From Auanema rhodensis (Eukaryota; Animalia; Nematoda): 64,000 bases of DNA. Positions 13,549 to 27,956 of this stretch are shown one piece after another. The stretch lies in assembly GCA_964057225.1 (NCBI GenBank), contig OZ059894.1, positions 5,332,001 to 5,396,000 of the forward strand, written 5' to 3'. A program made the translations under genes and the position numbers. The first letter of the stretch is position 1. Each line of letters opens with the position of its first letter. Under the pieces are notes generated by a model. It saw only the letters and a list, made by a program, of their open reading frames with translations. It ran no database searches and was not told the origin of the DNA.

Positions 13549-16500
13549 ATGCTAATTAAGTGTACACATGATGTGCACTTGGTATGTAACTCGCTTCACG
13601 TCAAAGATAAAGGGATGCGGTTTTCAAAATTACATTCCCCATGTCCATAATAGTCTAAACACAAATTTTTATTGATATTGGTGCATGGTAACCATGACTT
13701 TAAATTTTACGTGAACTTTAATTTATGCTAATTAAGTGTACACATGATGTGCACATGGTATGTAACTCGCTTCACGTGAAAGATAAAGAGATGCGGTTTT
13801 CAAAATAGATTCCCCATTTCCATATTAGTCTAAAAACAAATTTTTATTGATATTGGTGCATGGCAACCATGACTTTAAAATTTACGTGAACTTTAATTTA
13901 TGCTAATTAAGTGTACACATGATGTGCACTTGGTATGTAACTCGCTTCACGTCAAAGATAAAGAGATGCGGTTTTCAAAGTTAGATTCCCCATGTCCATA
14001 TTAGTCTAAAAACAAATTTTTATCAATATTGGTGCATGGTAACCATGACTTTGAAATTTACGTGAACTTTAATTTATGCTAATTAAGTGTACACATGATG
14101 TGCGCTTGGTACGTAACTCGCTTCACGTGAAAGATAAAGAGATGCGGTTTTCAAAATTAGATTCCCCATGTCCATATTAGTCTAAAAACAAATTTTTATT
14201 AATATTGGTGCATGGTAACCATGACTTTGAAATTTACGTGAACTTTAATTTATGCTAATTAAGTGTACACATGATGTGCGCTTGGTACGTAACTCGCTTC
14301 ACGTGAAAGATAAAGAGATGCGGTTTTCAAAATTAGATTCCCCATGTCCATATTAGTCTAAAAACAAATTTTTATTAATATTGGTGCATGGTAACCATGA
14401 CTTTGAAATTTACGTGAACTTTAATTTATGCTAATTAAGTGTACACGTGATGTGCACTTGGTATGTAACTCGCTTCACGTGGAAGATGAAGAGATGCGGT
14501 TTTCAAAATTAGATTCCTCATGTCCATATTAGTCTAAAAACAAATTTTTGTTGATATTGGTGGATGGTAACCATGACTTTGAAATTTACGTGAACTTTAA
14601 TTTATGCTAATTAAGTGTACACGTGATGTGCACTTGGTATGTAACTAGCTTCACGTGAAAGATGAAGAGATGCGGTTTTCAAAATTAGATTCCCCATGTC
14701 CATATTAGTCTAAAAACAAATTTTTGTTGATATTGGTGGATGGTAACCATGACTTTCAAATTTACGTGAACTTCAATTTATGCTAATTAACTGTACACGT
14801 GATGTGCCCTTGGTATGTAACTCGCTTCACGTGAAAGATAAAGAGATGCGGTTTTCAAAATAGATTCCCCATTTCCATATTAGTCTAAAAACAAATTTTT
14901 ATTGATATTGGTGCATGGCAACCATGACTTTAAAATTTACGTGAACTTTCATTTATGCTAATTAAGTGTACACATGATGTGCACTTGGTATGTAACTCGC
15001 TTCACGTGAAAGATAAAGAGATGCGGTTTTCAAAATAGATTCCCCATTTCCATATTAGTCTAAAAACAAATTTTTATTGATATTGGTGCATGGCAACCAT
15101 GACTTTAAAATTTACGTGAACTTTAATTTATGCTAATTAAGTGTACACATGATGTGCACTTGGTATGTAACTCGCTTCACGTCAATGATAAAGAGATGCG
15201 GTTTTCAAAATTAGATTCCTCATGTCCATATAAGTCTAAAAACGAATTTTTATTGATATTGATGCATGGTAACCATGACTTCGAAATTTACGTGAACTTT
15301 AATTTATGCTTATTAAGTGTACACATGATGTGCGCTTGGTACGTAACTCGCTTCACGTGAAAGATAAAGAGATGCGGTTTTCAAAATTAGATTCCCCATG
15401 TCCATATTAGTCTAAAAACAAATTTTTATTAATATTGGTGCATGGTAACCATGACTTTGAAATTTACGTGAACTTTAATTTATGCTAATTAAGTGTACAC
15501 ATGATGTGCGCTTGGTACGTAACTCGCTTCACATGAAAGATAAAGAGATGCGGTTTTCAAAATTAGATTCCCCATGTCCATATTAGTCTAAAAACAAATT
15601 TGTATTGATATTGGTGGATGGTAACCATGACTTTGAAATTTACGTGAACTTCAATTTATGCTAATTAAGTGTACACGTGATGCGCCCTTGGTATGTAACT
15701 CGCTTCACGTGAAAGATAAAGAGATGCGGTTTTCAAAATTAGATTCCCCATGTCCATATTAGTCTAAAAACAAATTTTTGTTGATATTGGTAGATGGTAA
15801 CCATGACTTTCAAATTTACGTGAACTTTCATTTATGCTAATTAAGTGTACACATGATGTGCACTTGGTATGTAACTCGCTTCACGTGAAAGATAAAGAGA
15901 TGCGGTTTTCAAAATAGATTCCCCATTTCCATATTAGTCTAAAAACAAATTTTTATTGATATTGGTGCATGGCAACCATGACTTTAAAATTTACGTGAAC
16001 TTTCATTTATGCTAATTAAGTGTACACATGATGTGCACTTGGTATGTAACTCGCTTCACGTGAAAGATAAAGAGATGCGGTTTTCAAAATAGATTCCCCA
16101 TTTCCATATTAGTCTAAAAACAAATTTTTATTGATATTGGTGCATGGCAACCATGACTTTAAAATTTACGTGAACTTTAATTTATGCTAATTAAGTGTAC
16201 ACATGATGTGCACTTGGTATGTAACTCGCTTCACGTCAATGATAAAGAGATGCGGTTTTCAAAATTAGATTCCTCATGTCCATATAAGTCTAGAAACGAA
16301 TTTTTATTAATATTGGTGCATGGTAACCATGACTTTGAAATTTACGTGAACTTTAATTTATGCTAATTAAGTGTACACGTGATGTGCACTTGGTATGTAA
16401 CTCGCTTCACGTGGAAGATAAAGGGATGCGGTTTTCAAAATTACATTCCCCATGTCCATAATAGTCTAAACACAAATTTTTATTGATATTGGTGCATGGT

Positions 16501-19500
16501 AACCATGACTTTAAATTTTACGTGAACTTTAATTTATGCTAATTAAGTGTACACATGATGTGCACATGGTATGTAACTCGCTTCACGTGAAAGATAAAGA
16601 GATGCGGTTTTCAAAATAGATTCCCCATTTCCATATTAGTCTAAAAACAAATTTTTATTGATATTGGTGCATGGCAACCATGACTTTAAAATTTACGTGA
16701 ACTTTAATTTATGCTAATTAAGTGTACACATGATGTGCACTTGGTATGTAACTCGCTTCACGTCAAAGATAAAGAGATGCGGTTTTCAAAGTTAGATTCC
16801 CCATGTCCATATTAGTCTAAAAACAAATTTTTATCAATATTGGTGCATGGTAACCATGACTTTGAAATTTACGTGAACTTTAATTTATGCTAATTAAGTG
16901 TACACATGATGTGCGCTTGGTACGTAACTCGCTTCACGTGAAAGATAAAGAGATGCGGTTTTCAAAATTAGATTTCCCATGTCCATATTAGTCTAAAAAC
17001 AAATTTTTATTAATATTGGTGCATGGTAACCATGACTTTGAAATTTACGTGAACTTTAATTTATGCTAATTAAGTGTACACATGATGTGCGCTTGGTACG
17101 TAACTCGCTTCACGTGAAAGATAAAGAGATGCGGTTTTCAAAATTAGATTCCCCATGTCCATATTAGTCTAAAAACAAATTTTTATTAATATTGGTGCAT
17201 GGTAACCATGACTTTGAAATTTACGTGAACTTTAATTTATGCTAATTAAGTGTACACGTGATGTGCACTTGGTATGTAACTCGCTTCACGTGGAAGATGA
17301 AGAGATGCGGTTTTCAAAATTAGATTCCTCATGTCCATATTAGTCTAAAAACAAATTTTTGTTGATATTGGTGGATGGTAACCATGACTTTGAAATTTAC
17401 GTGAACTTTAATTTATGCTAATTAAGTGTACACGTGATGTGCACTTGGTATGTAACTAGCTTCACGTGAAAGATGAAGAGATGCGGTTTTCAAAATTAGA
17501 TTCCCCATGTCCATATTAGTCTAAAAACAAATTTTTGTTGATATTGGTGGATGGTAACCATGACTTTCAAATTTACGTGAACTTCAATTTATGCTAATTA
17601 ACTGTACACGTGATGTGCCCTTGGTATGTAACTCGCTTCACGTGAAAGATAAAGAGATGCGGTTTTCAAAATAGATTCCCCATTTCCATATTAGTCTAAA
17701 AACAAATTTTTATTGATATTGGTGCATGGCAACCATGACTTTAAAATTTACGTGAACTTTCATTTATGCTAATTAAGTGTACACATGATGTGCACTTGGT
17801 ATGTAACTCGCTTCACGTGAAAGATAAAGAGATGCGGTTTTCAAAATAGATTCCCCATTTCCATATTAGTCTAAAAACAAATTTTTATTGATATTGGTGC
17901 ATGGCAACCATGACTTTAAAATTTACGTGAACTTTAATTTATGCTAATTAAGTGTACACATGATGTGCACTTGGTATGTAACTCGCTTCACGTCAATGAT
18001 AAAGAGATGCGGTTTTCAAAATTAGATTCCTCATGTCCATATAAGTCTAAAAACGAATTTTTATTGATATTGATGCATGGTAACCATGACTTCGAAATTT
18101 ACGTGAACTTTAATTTATGCTTATTAAGTGTACACATGATGTGCGCTTGGTACGTAACTCGCTTCACGTGAAAGATAAAGAGATGCGGTTTTCAAAATTA
18201 GATTCCCCATGTCCATATTAGTCTAAAAACAAATTTTTATTAATATTGGTGCATGGTAACCATGACTTTGAAATTTACGTGAACTTTAATTTATGCTAAT
18301 TAAGTGTACACATGATGTGCGCTTGGTACGTAACTCGCTTCACATGAAAGATAAAGAGATGCGGTTTTCAAAATTAGATTCCCCATGTCCATATTAGTCT
18401 AAAAACAAATTTGTATTGATATTGGTGGATGGTAACCATGACTTTGAAATTTACGTGAACTTCAATTTATGCTAATTAAGTGTACACGTGATGCGCCCTT
18501 GGTATGTAACTCGCTTCACGTGAAAGATAAAGAGATGCGGTTTTCAAAATTAGATTCCCCATGTCCATATTAGTCTAAAAACAAATTTTTGTTGATATTG
18601 GTAGATGGTAACCATGACTTTCAAATTTACGTGAACTTTAATTTATGCTAATTAAGTGTACACGTGATGTGCACTTGGTATGTAACTAGCTTCACGTGAA
18701 AGATGAAGAGATGCGGTTTTCAAAATTAGATTCCCCATGTCCATATTAGTCTAAAAACAAATTTTTGTTGATATTGGTGGATGGTAACCATGACTTTCAA
18801 ATTTACGTGAACTTCAATTTATGCTAATTAACTGTACACGTGATGTGCCCTTGGTATGTAACTCGCTTCACGTGAAAGATAAAGAGATGCGGTTTTCAAA
18901 ATAGATTCCCCATTTCCATATTAGTCTAAAAACAAATTTTTATTGATATTGGTGCATGGCAACCATGACTTTAAAATTTACGTGAACTTTCATTTATGCT
19001 AATTAAGTGTACACATGATGTGCACTTGGTATGTAACTCGCTTCACGTGAAAGATAAAGAGATGCGGTTTTCAAAATAGATTCCCCATTTCCATATTAGT
19101 CTAAAAACAAATTTTTATTGATATTGGTGCATGGCAACCATGACTTTAAAATTTACGTGAACTTTAATTTATGCTAATTAAGTGTACACATGATGTGCAC
19201 TTGGTATGTAACTCGCTTCACGTCAATGATAAAGAGATGCGGTTTTCAAAATTAGATTCCTCATGTCCATATAAGTCTAAAAACGAATTTTTATTGATAT
19301 TGATGCATGGTAACCATGACTTCGAAATTTACGTGAACTTTAATTTATGCTTATTAAGTGTACACATGATGTGCGCTTGGTACGTAACTCGCTTCACGTG
19401 AAAGATAAAGAGATGCGGTTTTCAAAATTAGATTCCCCATGTCCATATTAGTCTAAAAACAAATTTTTATTAATATTGGTGCATGGTAACCATGACTTTG

Positions 19501-22500
19501 AAATTTACGTGAACTTTAATTTATGCTAATTAAGTGTACACATGATGTGCGCTTGGTACGTAACTCGCTTCACATGAAAGATAAAGAGATGCGGTTTTCA
19601 AAATTAGATTCCCCATGTCCATATTAGTCTAAAAACAAATTTGTATTGATATTGGTGGATGGTAACCATGACTTTGAAATTTACGTGAACTTCAATTTAT
19701 GCTAATTAAGTGTACACGTGATGCGCCCTTGGTATGTAACTCGCTTCACGTGAAAGATAAAGAGATGCGGTTTTCAAAATTAGATTCCCCATGTCCATAT
19801 TAGTCTAAAAACAAATTTTTGTTGATATTGGTAGATGGTAACCATGACTTTCAAATTTACGTGAACTTTCATTTATGCTAATTAAGTGTACACATGATGT
19901 GCACTTGGTATGTAACTCGCTTCACGTGAAAGATAAAGAGATGCGGTTTTCAAAATAGATTCCCCATTTCCATATTAGTCTAAAAACAAATTTTTATTGA
20001 TATTGGTGCATGGCAACCATGACTTTAAAATTTACGTGAACTTTCATTTATGCTAATTAAGTGTACACATGATGTGCACTTGGTATGTAACTCGCTTCAC
20101 GTGAAAGATAAAGAGATGCGGTTTTCAAAATAGATTCCCCATTTCCATATTAGTCTAAAAACAAATTTTTATTGATATTGGTGCATGGCAACCATGACTT
20201 TAAAATTTACGTGAACTTTAATTTATGCTAATTAAGTGTACACATGATGTGCACTTGGTATGTAACTCGCTTCACGTCAATGATAAAGAGATGCGGTTTT
20301 CAAAATTAGATTCCTCATGTCCATATAAGTCTAGAAACGAATTTTTATTAATATTGGTGCATGGTAACCATGACTTTGAAATTTACGTGAACTTTAATTT
20401 ATGCTAATTAAGTGTACACGTGATGTGCACTTGGTATGTAACTCGCTTCACGTGGAAGATAAAGGGATGCGGTTTTCAAAATTACATTCCCCATGTCCAT
20501 AATAGTCTAAACACAAATTTTTATTGATATTGGTGCATGGTAACCATGACTTTAAATTTTACGTGAACTTTAATTTATGCTAATTAAGTGTACACATGAT
20601 GTGCACATGGTATGTAACTCGCTTCACGTGAAAGATAAAGAGATGCGGTTTTCAAAATAGATTCCCCATTTCCATATTAGTCTAAAAACAAATTTTTATT
20701 GATATTGGTGCATGGCAACCATGACTTTAAAATTTACGTGAACTTTAATTTATGCTAATTAAGTGTACACATGATGTGCACTTGGTATGTAACTCGCTTC
20801 ACGTCAAAGATAAAGAGATGCGGTTTTCAAAGTTAGATTCCCCATGTCCATATTAGTCTAAAAACAAATTTTTATCAATATTGGTGCATGGTAACCATGA
20901 CTTTGAAATTTACGTGAACTTTAATTTATGCTAATTAAGTGTACACATGATGTGCGCTTGGTACGTAACTCGCTTCACGTGAAAGATAAAGAGATGCGGT
21001 TTTCAAAATTAGATTTCCCATGTCCATATTAGTCTAAAAACAAATTTTTATTAATATTGGTGCATGGTAACCATGACTTTGAAATTTACGTGAACTTTAA
21101 TTTATGCTAATTAAGTGTACACATGATGTGCGCTTGGTACGTAACTCGCTTCACGTGAAAGATAAAGAGATGAGGTTTTCAAAATTAGATTCCCCATGTC
21201 CATATTAGTCTAAAAACAAATTTTTATTAATATTGGTGCATGGTAACCATGACTTTGAAATTTACGTGAACTTTAATTTATGCTAATTAAGTGTACACGT
21301 GATGTGCACTTGGTATGTAACTCGCTTCACGTGGAAGATGAAGAGATGCGGTTTTCAAAATTAGATTCCTCATGTCCATATTAGTCTAAAAACAAATTTT
21401 TGTTGATATTGGTGGATGGTAACCATGACTTTGAAATTTACGTGAACTTTAATTTATGCTAATTAAGTGTACACGTGATGTGCACTTGGTATGTAACTAG
21501 CTTCACGTGAAAGATGAAGAGATGCGGTTTTCAAAATTAGATTCCCCATGTCCATATTAGTCTAAAAACAAATTTTTGTTGATATTGGTGGATGGTAACC
21601 ATGACTTTCAAATTTACGTGAACTTCAATTTATGCTAATTAAGTGTACACGTGATGTGCCCTTGGTATGTAACTCGCTTCACGTGAAAGATAAAGAGATG
21701 CGGTTTTCAAAATAGATTCCCCATTTCCATATTAGTCTAAAAACAAATTTTTATTGATATTGGTGCATGGCAACCATGACTTTAAAATTTACGTGAACTT
21801 TCATTTATGCTAATTAAGTGTACACATGATGTGCACTTGGTATGTAACTCGCTTCACGTGAAAGATAAAGAGATGCGGTTTTCAAAATAGATTCCCCATT
21901 TCCATATTAGTCTAAAAACAAATTTTTATTGATATTGGTGCATGGCAACCATGACTTTAAAATTTACGTGAACTTTAATTTATGCTAATTAAGTGTACAC
22001 ATGATGTGCACTTGGTATGTAACTCGCTTCACGTCAATGATAAAGAGATGCGGTTTTCAAAATTAGATTCCTCATGTCCATATAAGTCTAAAAACGAATT
22101 TTTATTGATATTGATGCATGGTAACCATGACTTCGAAATTTACGTGAACTTTAATTTATGCTTATTAAGTGTACACATGATGTGCGCTTGGTACGTAACT
22201 CGCTTCACGTGAAAGATAAAGAGATGCGGTTTTCAAAATTAGATTCCCCATGTCCATATTAGTCTAAAAACAAATTTTTATTAATATTGGTGCATGGTAA
22301 CCATGACTTTGAAATTTACGTGAACTTTAATTTATGCTAATTAAGTGTACACATGATGTGCGCTTGGTACGTAACTCGCTTCACATGAAAGATAAAGAGA
22401 TGCGGTTTTCAAAATTAGATTCCCCATGTCCATATTAGTCTAAAAACAAATTTGTATTGATATTGGTGGATGGTAACCATGACTTTGAAATTTACGTGAA

Positions 22501-25500
22501 CTTCAATTTATGCTAATTAAGTGTACACGTGATGCGCCCTTGGTATGTAACTCGCTTCACGTCAATGATAAAGAGATGCGGTTTTCAAAATTAGATTCCT
22601 CATGTCCATATAAGTCTAGAAACGAATTTTTATTAATATTGGTGCATGGTAACCATGACTTTGAAATTTACGTGAACTTTAATTTATGCTAATTAAGTGT
22701 ACACGTGATGTGCACTTGGTATGTAACTCGCTTCACGTGGAAGATAAAGGGATGCGGTTTTCAAAATTACATTCCCCATGTCCATAATAGTCTAAACACA
22801 AATTTTTATTGATATTGGTGCATGGTAACCATGACTTTAAATTTTACGTGAACTTTAATTTATGCTAATTAAGTGTACACATGATGTGCACATGGTATGT
22901 AACTCGCTTCACGTGAAAGATAAAGAGATGCGGTTTTCAAAATAGATTCCCCATTTCCATATTAGTCTAAAAACAAATTTTTATTGATATTGGTGCATGG
23001 CAACCATGACTTTAAAATTTACGTGAACTTTAATTTATGCTAATTAAGTGTACACATGATGTGCACTTGGTATGTAACTCGCTTCACGTCAAAGATAAAG
23101 AGATGCGGTTTTCAAAGTTAGATTCCCCATGTCCATATTAGTCTAAAAACAAATTTTTATCAATATTGGTGCATGGTAACCATGACTTTGAAATTTACGT
23201 GAACTTTAATTTATGCTAATTAAGTGTACACATGATGTGCGCTTGGTACGTAACTCGCTTCACGTGAAAGATAAAGAGATGCGGTTTTCAAAATTAGATT
23301 TCCCATGTCCATATTAGTCTAAAAACAAATTTTTATTAATATTGGTGCATGGTAACCATGACTTTGAAATTTACGTGAACTTTAATTTATGCTAATTAAG
23401 TGTACACATGATGTGCGCTTGGTACGTAACTCGCTTCACGTGAAAGATAAAGAGATGAGGTTTTCAAAATTAGATTCCCCATGTCCATATTAGTCTAAAA
23501 ACAAATTTTTATTAATATTGGTGCATGGTAACCATGACTTTGAAATTTACGTGAACTTTAATTTATGCTAATTAAGTGTACACGTGATGTGCACTTGGTA
23601 TGTAACTCGCTTCACGTGGAAGATGAAGAGATGCGGTTTTCAAAATTAGATTCCTCATGTCCATATTAGTCTAAAAACAAATTTTTGTTGATATTGGTGG
23701 ATGGTAACCATGACTTTGAAATTTACGTGAACTTTAATTTATGCTAATTAAGTGTACACGTGATGTGCACTTGGTATGTAACTAGCTTCACGTGAAAGAT
23801 GAAGAGATGCGGTTTTCAAAATTAGATTCCCCATGTCCATATTAGTCTAAAAACAAATTTTTGTTGATATTGGTGGATGGTAACCATGACTTTCAAATTT
23901 ACGTGAACTTCAATTTATGCTAATTAAGTGTACACGTGATGTGCCCTTGGTATGTAACTCGCTTCACGTGAAAGATAAAGAGATGCGGTTTTCAAAATAG
24001 ATTCCCCATTTCCATATTAGTCTAAAAACAAATTTTTATTGATATTGGTGCATGGCAACCATGACTTTAAAATTTACGTGAACTTTCATTTATGCTAATT
24101 AAGTGTACACATGATGTGCACTTGGTATGTAACTCGCTTCACGTGAAAGATAAAGAGATGCGGTTTTCAAAATAGATTCCCCATTTCCATATTAGTCTAA
24201 AAACAAATTTTTATTGATATTGGTGCATGGCAACCATGACTTTAAAATTTACGTGAACTTTAATTTATGCTAATTAAGTGTACACATGATGTGCACTTGG
24301 TATGTAACTCGCTTCACGTCAATGATAAAGAGATGCGGTTTTCAAAATTAGATTCCTCATGTCCATATAAGTCTAAAAACGAATTTTTATTGATATTGAT
24401 GCATGGTAACCATGACTTCGAAATTTACGTGAACTTTAATTTATGCTTATTAAGTGTACACATGATGTGCGCTTGGTACGTAACTCGCTTCACGTGAAAG
24501 ATAAAGAGATGCGGTTTTCAAAATTAGATTCCCCATGTCCATATTAGTCTAAAAACAAATTTTTATTAATATTGGTGCATGGTAACCATGACTTTGAAAT
24601 TTACGTGAACTTTAATTTATGCTAATTAAGTGTACACATGATGTGCGCTTGGTACGTAACTCGCTTCACATGAAAGATAAAGAGATGCGGTTTTCAAAAT
24701 TAGATTCCCCATGTCCATATTAGTCTAAAAACAAATTTGTATTGATATTGGTGGATGGTAACCATGACTTTGAAATTTACGTGAACTTCAATTTATGCTA
24801 ATTAAGTGTACACGTGATGCGCCCTTGGTATGTAACTCGCTTCACGTGAAAGATAAAGAGATGCGGTTTTCAAAATTAGATTCCCCATGTCCATATTAGT
24901 CTAAAAACAAATTTTTGTTGATATTGGTAGATGGTAACCATGACTTTCAAATTTACGTGAACTTTCATTTATGCTAATTAAGTGTACACATGATGTGCAC
25001 TTGGTATGTAACTCGCTTCACGTGAAAGATAAAGAGATGCGGTTTTCAAAATAGATTCCCCATTTCCATATTAGTCTAAAAACAAATTTTTATTGATATT
25101 GGTGCATGGCAACCATGACTTTAAAATTTACGTGAACTTTCATTTATGCTAATTAAGTGTACACATGATGTGCACTTGGTATGTAACTCGCTTCACGTGA
25201 AAGATAAAGAGATGCGGTTTTCAAAATAGATTCCCCATTTCCATATTAGTCTAAAAACAAATTTTTATTGATATTGGTGCATGGCAACCATGACTTTAAA
25301 ATTTACGTGAACTTTAATTTATGCTAATTAAGTGTACACATGATGTGCACTTGGTATGTAACTCGCTTCACGTCAATGATAAAGAGATGCGGTTTTCAAA
25401 ATTAGATTCCTCATGTCCATATAAGTCTAGAAACGAATTTTTATTAATATTGGTGCATGGTAACCATGACTTTGAAATTTACGTGAACTTTAATTTATGC

Positions 25501-27956
25501 TAATTAAGTGTACACGTGATGTGCACTTGGTATGTAACTCGCTTCACGTGGAAGATAAAGGGATGCGGTTTTCAAAATTACATTCCCCATGTCCATAATA
25601 GTCTAAACACAAATTTTTATTGATATTGGTGCATGGTAACCATGACTTTAAATTTTACGTGAACTTTAATTTATGCTAATTAAGTGTACACATGATGTGC
25701 ACATGGTATGTAACTCGCTTCACGTGAAAGATAAAGAGATGCGGTTTTCAAAATAGATTCCCCATTTCCATATTAGTCTAAAAACAAATTTTTATTGATA
25801 TTGGTGCATGGCAACCATGACTTTAAAATTTACGTGAACTTTAATTTATGCTAATTAAGTGTACACATGATGTGCACTTGGTATGTAACTCGCTTCACGT
25901 CAAAGATAAAGAGATGCGGTTTTCAAAGTTAGATTCCCCATGTCCATATTAGTCTAAAAACAAATTTTTATCAATATTGGTGCATGGTAACCATGACTTT
26001 GAAATTTACGTGAACTTTAATTTATGCTAATTAAGTGTACACATGATGTGCGCTTGGTACGTAACTCGCTTCACGTGAAAGATAAAGAGATGCGGTTTTC
26101 AAAATTAGATTTCCCATGTCCATATTAGTCTAAAAACAAATTTTTATTAATATTGGTGCATGGTAACCATGACTTTGAAATTTACGTGAACTTTAATTTA
26201 TGCTAATTAAGTGTACACATGATGTGCGCTTGGTACGTAACTCGCTTCACGTGAAAGATAAAGAGATGCGGTTTTCAAAATTAGATTCCCCATGTCCATA
26301 TTAGTCTAAAAACAAATTTTTATTAATATTGGTGCATGGTAACCATGACTTTGAAATTTACGTGAACTTTAATTTATGCTAATTAAGTGTACACGTGATG
26401 TGCACTTGGTATGTAACTCGCTTCACGTGGAAGATGAAGAGATGCGGTTTTCAAAATTAGATTCCTCATGTCCATATTAGTCTAAAAACAAATTTTTGTT
26501 GATATTGGTGGATGGTAACCATGACTTTGAAATTTACGTGAACTTTAATTTATGCTAATTAAGTGTACACGTGATGTGCACTTGGTATGTAACTAGCTTC
26601 ACGTGAAAGATGAAGAGATGCGGTTTTCAAAATTAGATTCCCCATGTCCATATTAGTCTAAAAACAAATTTTTGTTGATATTGGTGGATGGTAACCATGA
26701 CTTTCAAATTTACGTGAACTTCAATTTATGCTAATTAAGTGTACACGTGATGTGCCCTTGGTATGTAACTCGCTTCACGTGAAAGATAAAGAGATGCGGT
26801 TTTCAAAATAGATTCCCCATTTCCATATTAGTCTAAAAACAAATTTTTATTGATATTGGTGCATGGCAACCATGACTTTAAAATTTACGTGAACTTTCAT
26901 TTATGCTAATTAAGTGTACACATGATGTGCACTTGGTATGTAACTCGCTTCACGTGAAAGATAAAGAGATGCGGTTTTCAAAATAGATTCCCCATTTCCA
27001 TATTAGTCTAAAAACAAATTTTTATTGATATTGGTGCATGGCAACCATGACTTTAAAATTTACGTGAACTTTAATTTATGCTAATTAAGTGTACACATGA
27101 TGTGCACTTGGTATGTAACTCGCTTCACGTCAATGATAAAGAGATGCGGTTTTCAAAATTAGATTCCTCATGTCCATATAAGTCTAAAAACGAATTTTTA
27201 TTGATATTGATGCATGGTAACCATGACTTCGAAATTTACGTGAACTTTAATTTATGCTTATTAAGTGTACACATGATGTGCGCTTGGTACGTAACTCGCT
27301 TCACGTGAAAGATAAAGAGATGCGGTTTTCAAAATTAGATTCCCCATGTCCATATTAGTCTAAAAACAAATTTTTATTAATATTGGTGCATGGTAACCAT
27401 GACTTTGAAATTTACGTGAACTTTAATTTATGCTAATTAAGTGTACACATGATGTGCGCTTGGTACGTAACTCGCTTCACATGAAAGATAAAGAGATGCG
27501 GTTTTCAAAATTAGATTCCCCATGTCCATATTAGTCTAAAAACAAATTTGTATTGATATTGGTGGATGGTAACCATGACTTTGAAATTTACGTGAACTTC
27601 AATTTATGCTAATTAAGTGTACACGTGATGTGCCCTTGGTATGTAACTCGCTTCACGTGAAAGATAAAGAGATGCGGTTTTCAAAATTAGATTCCCCATG
27701 TCCATATTAGTCTAAAAACAAATTTTTGTTGATATTGGTGGATGGTAACCATGACTTTCAAATTTACGTGAACTTTCATTTATGCTAATTAAGTGTACAC
27801 ATGATGTGCACTTGGTATGTAACTCGCTTCACGTGAAAGATAAAGAGATGCGGTTTTCAAAATAGATTCCCCATTTCCATATTAGTCTAAAAACAAATTT
27901 TTATTGATATTGGTGCATGGCAACCATGACTTTAAAATTTACGTGAACTTTAATTT
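13549..27956. repeat. 16-mer HOR domain (2811-bp period) containing a 7-mer duplication and a 13-mer deletion variant
   Basis: Marker spacings 15130-17941, 19171-21982, 22510-25321 and 24267-27078 are all 2811. 17941-19171 is 1230 (7-mer). 20225-22510 and 21982-24267 are 2285 (13-mer). Confidence 0.9.
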
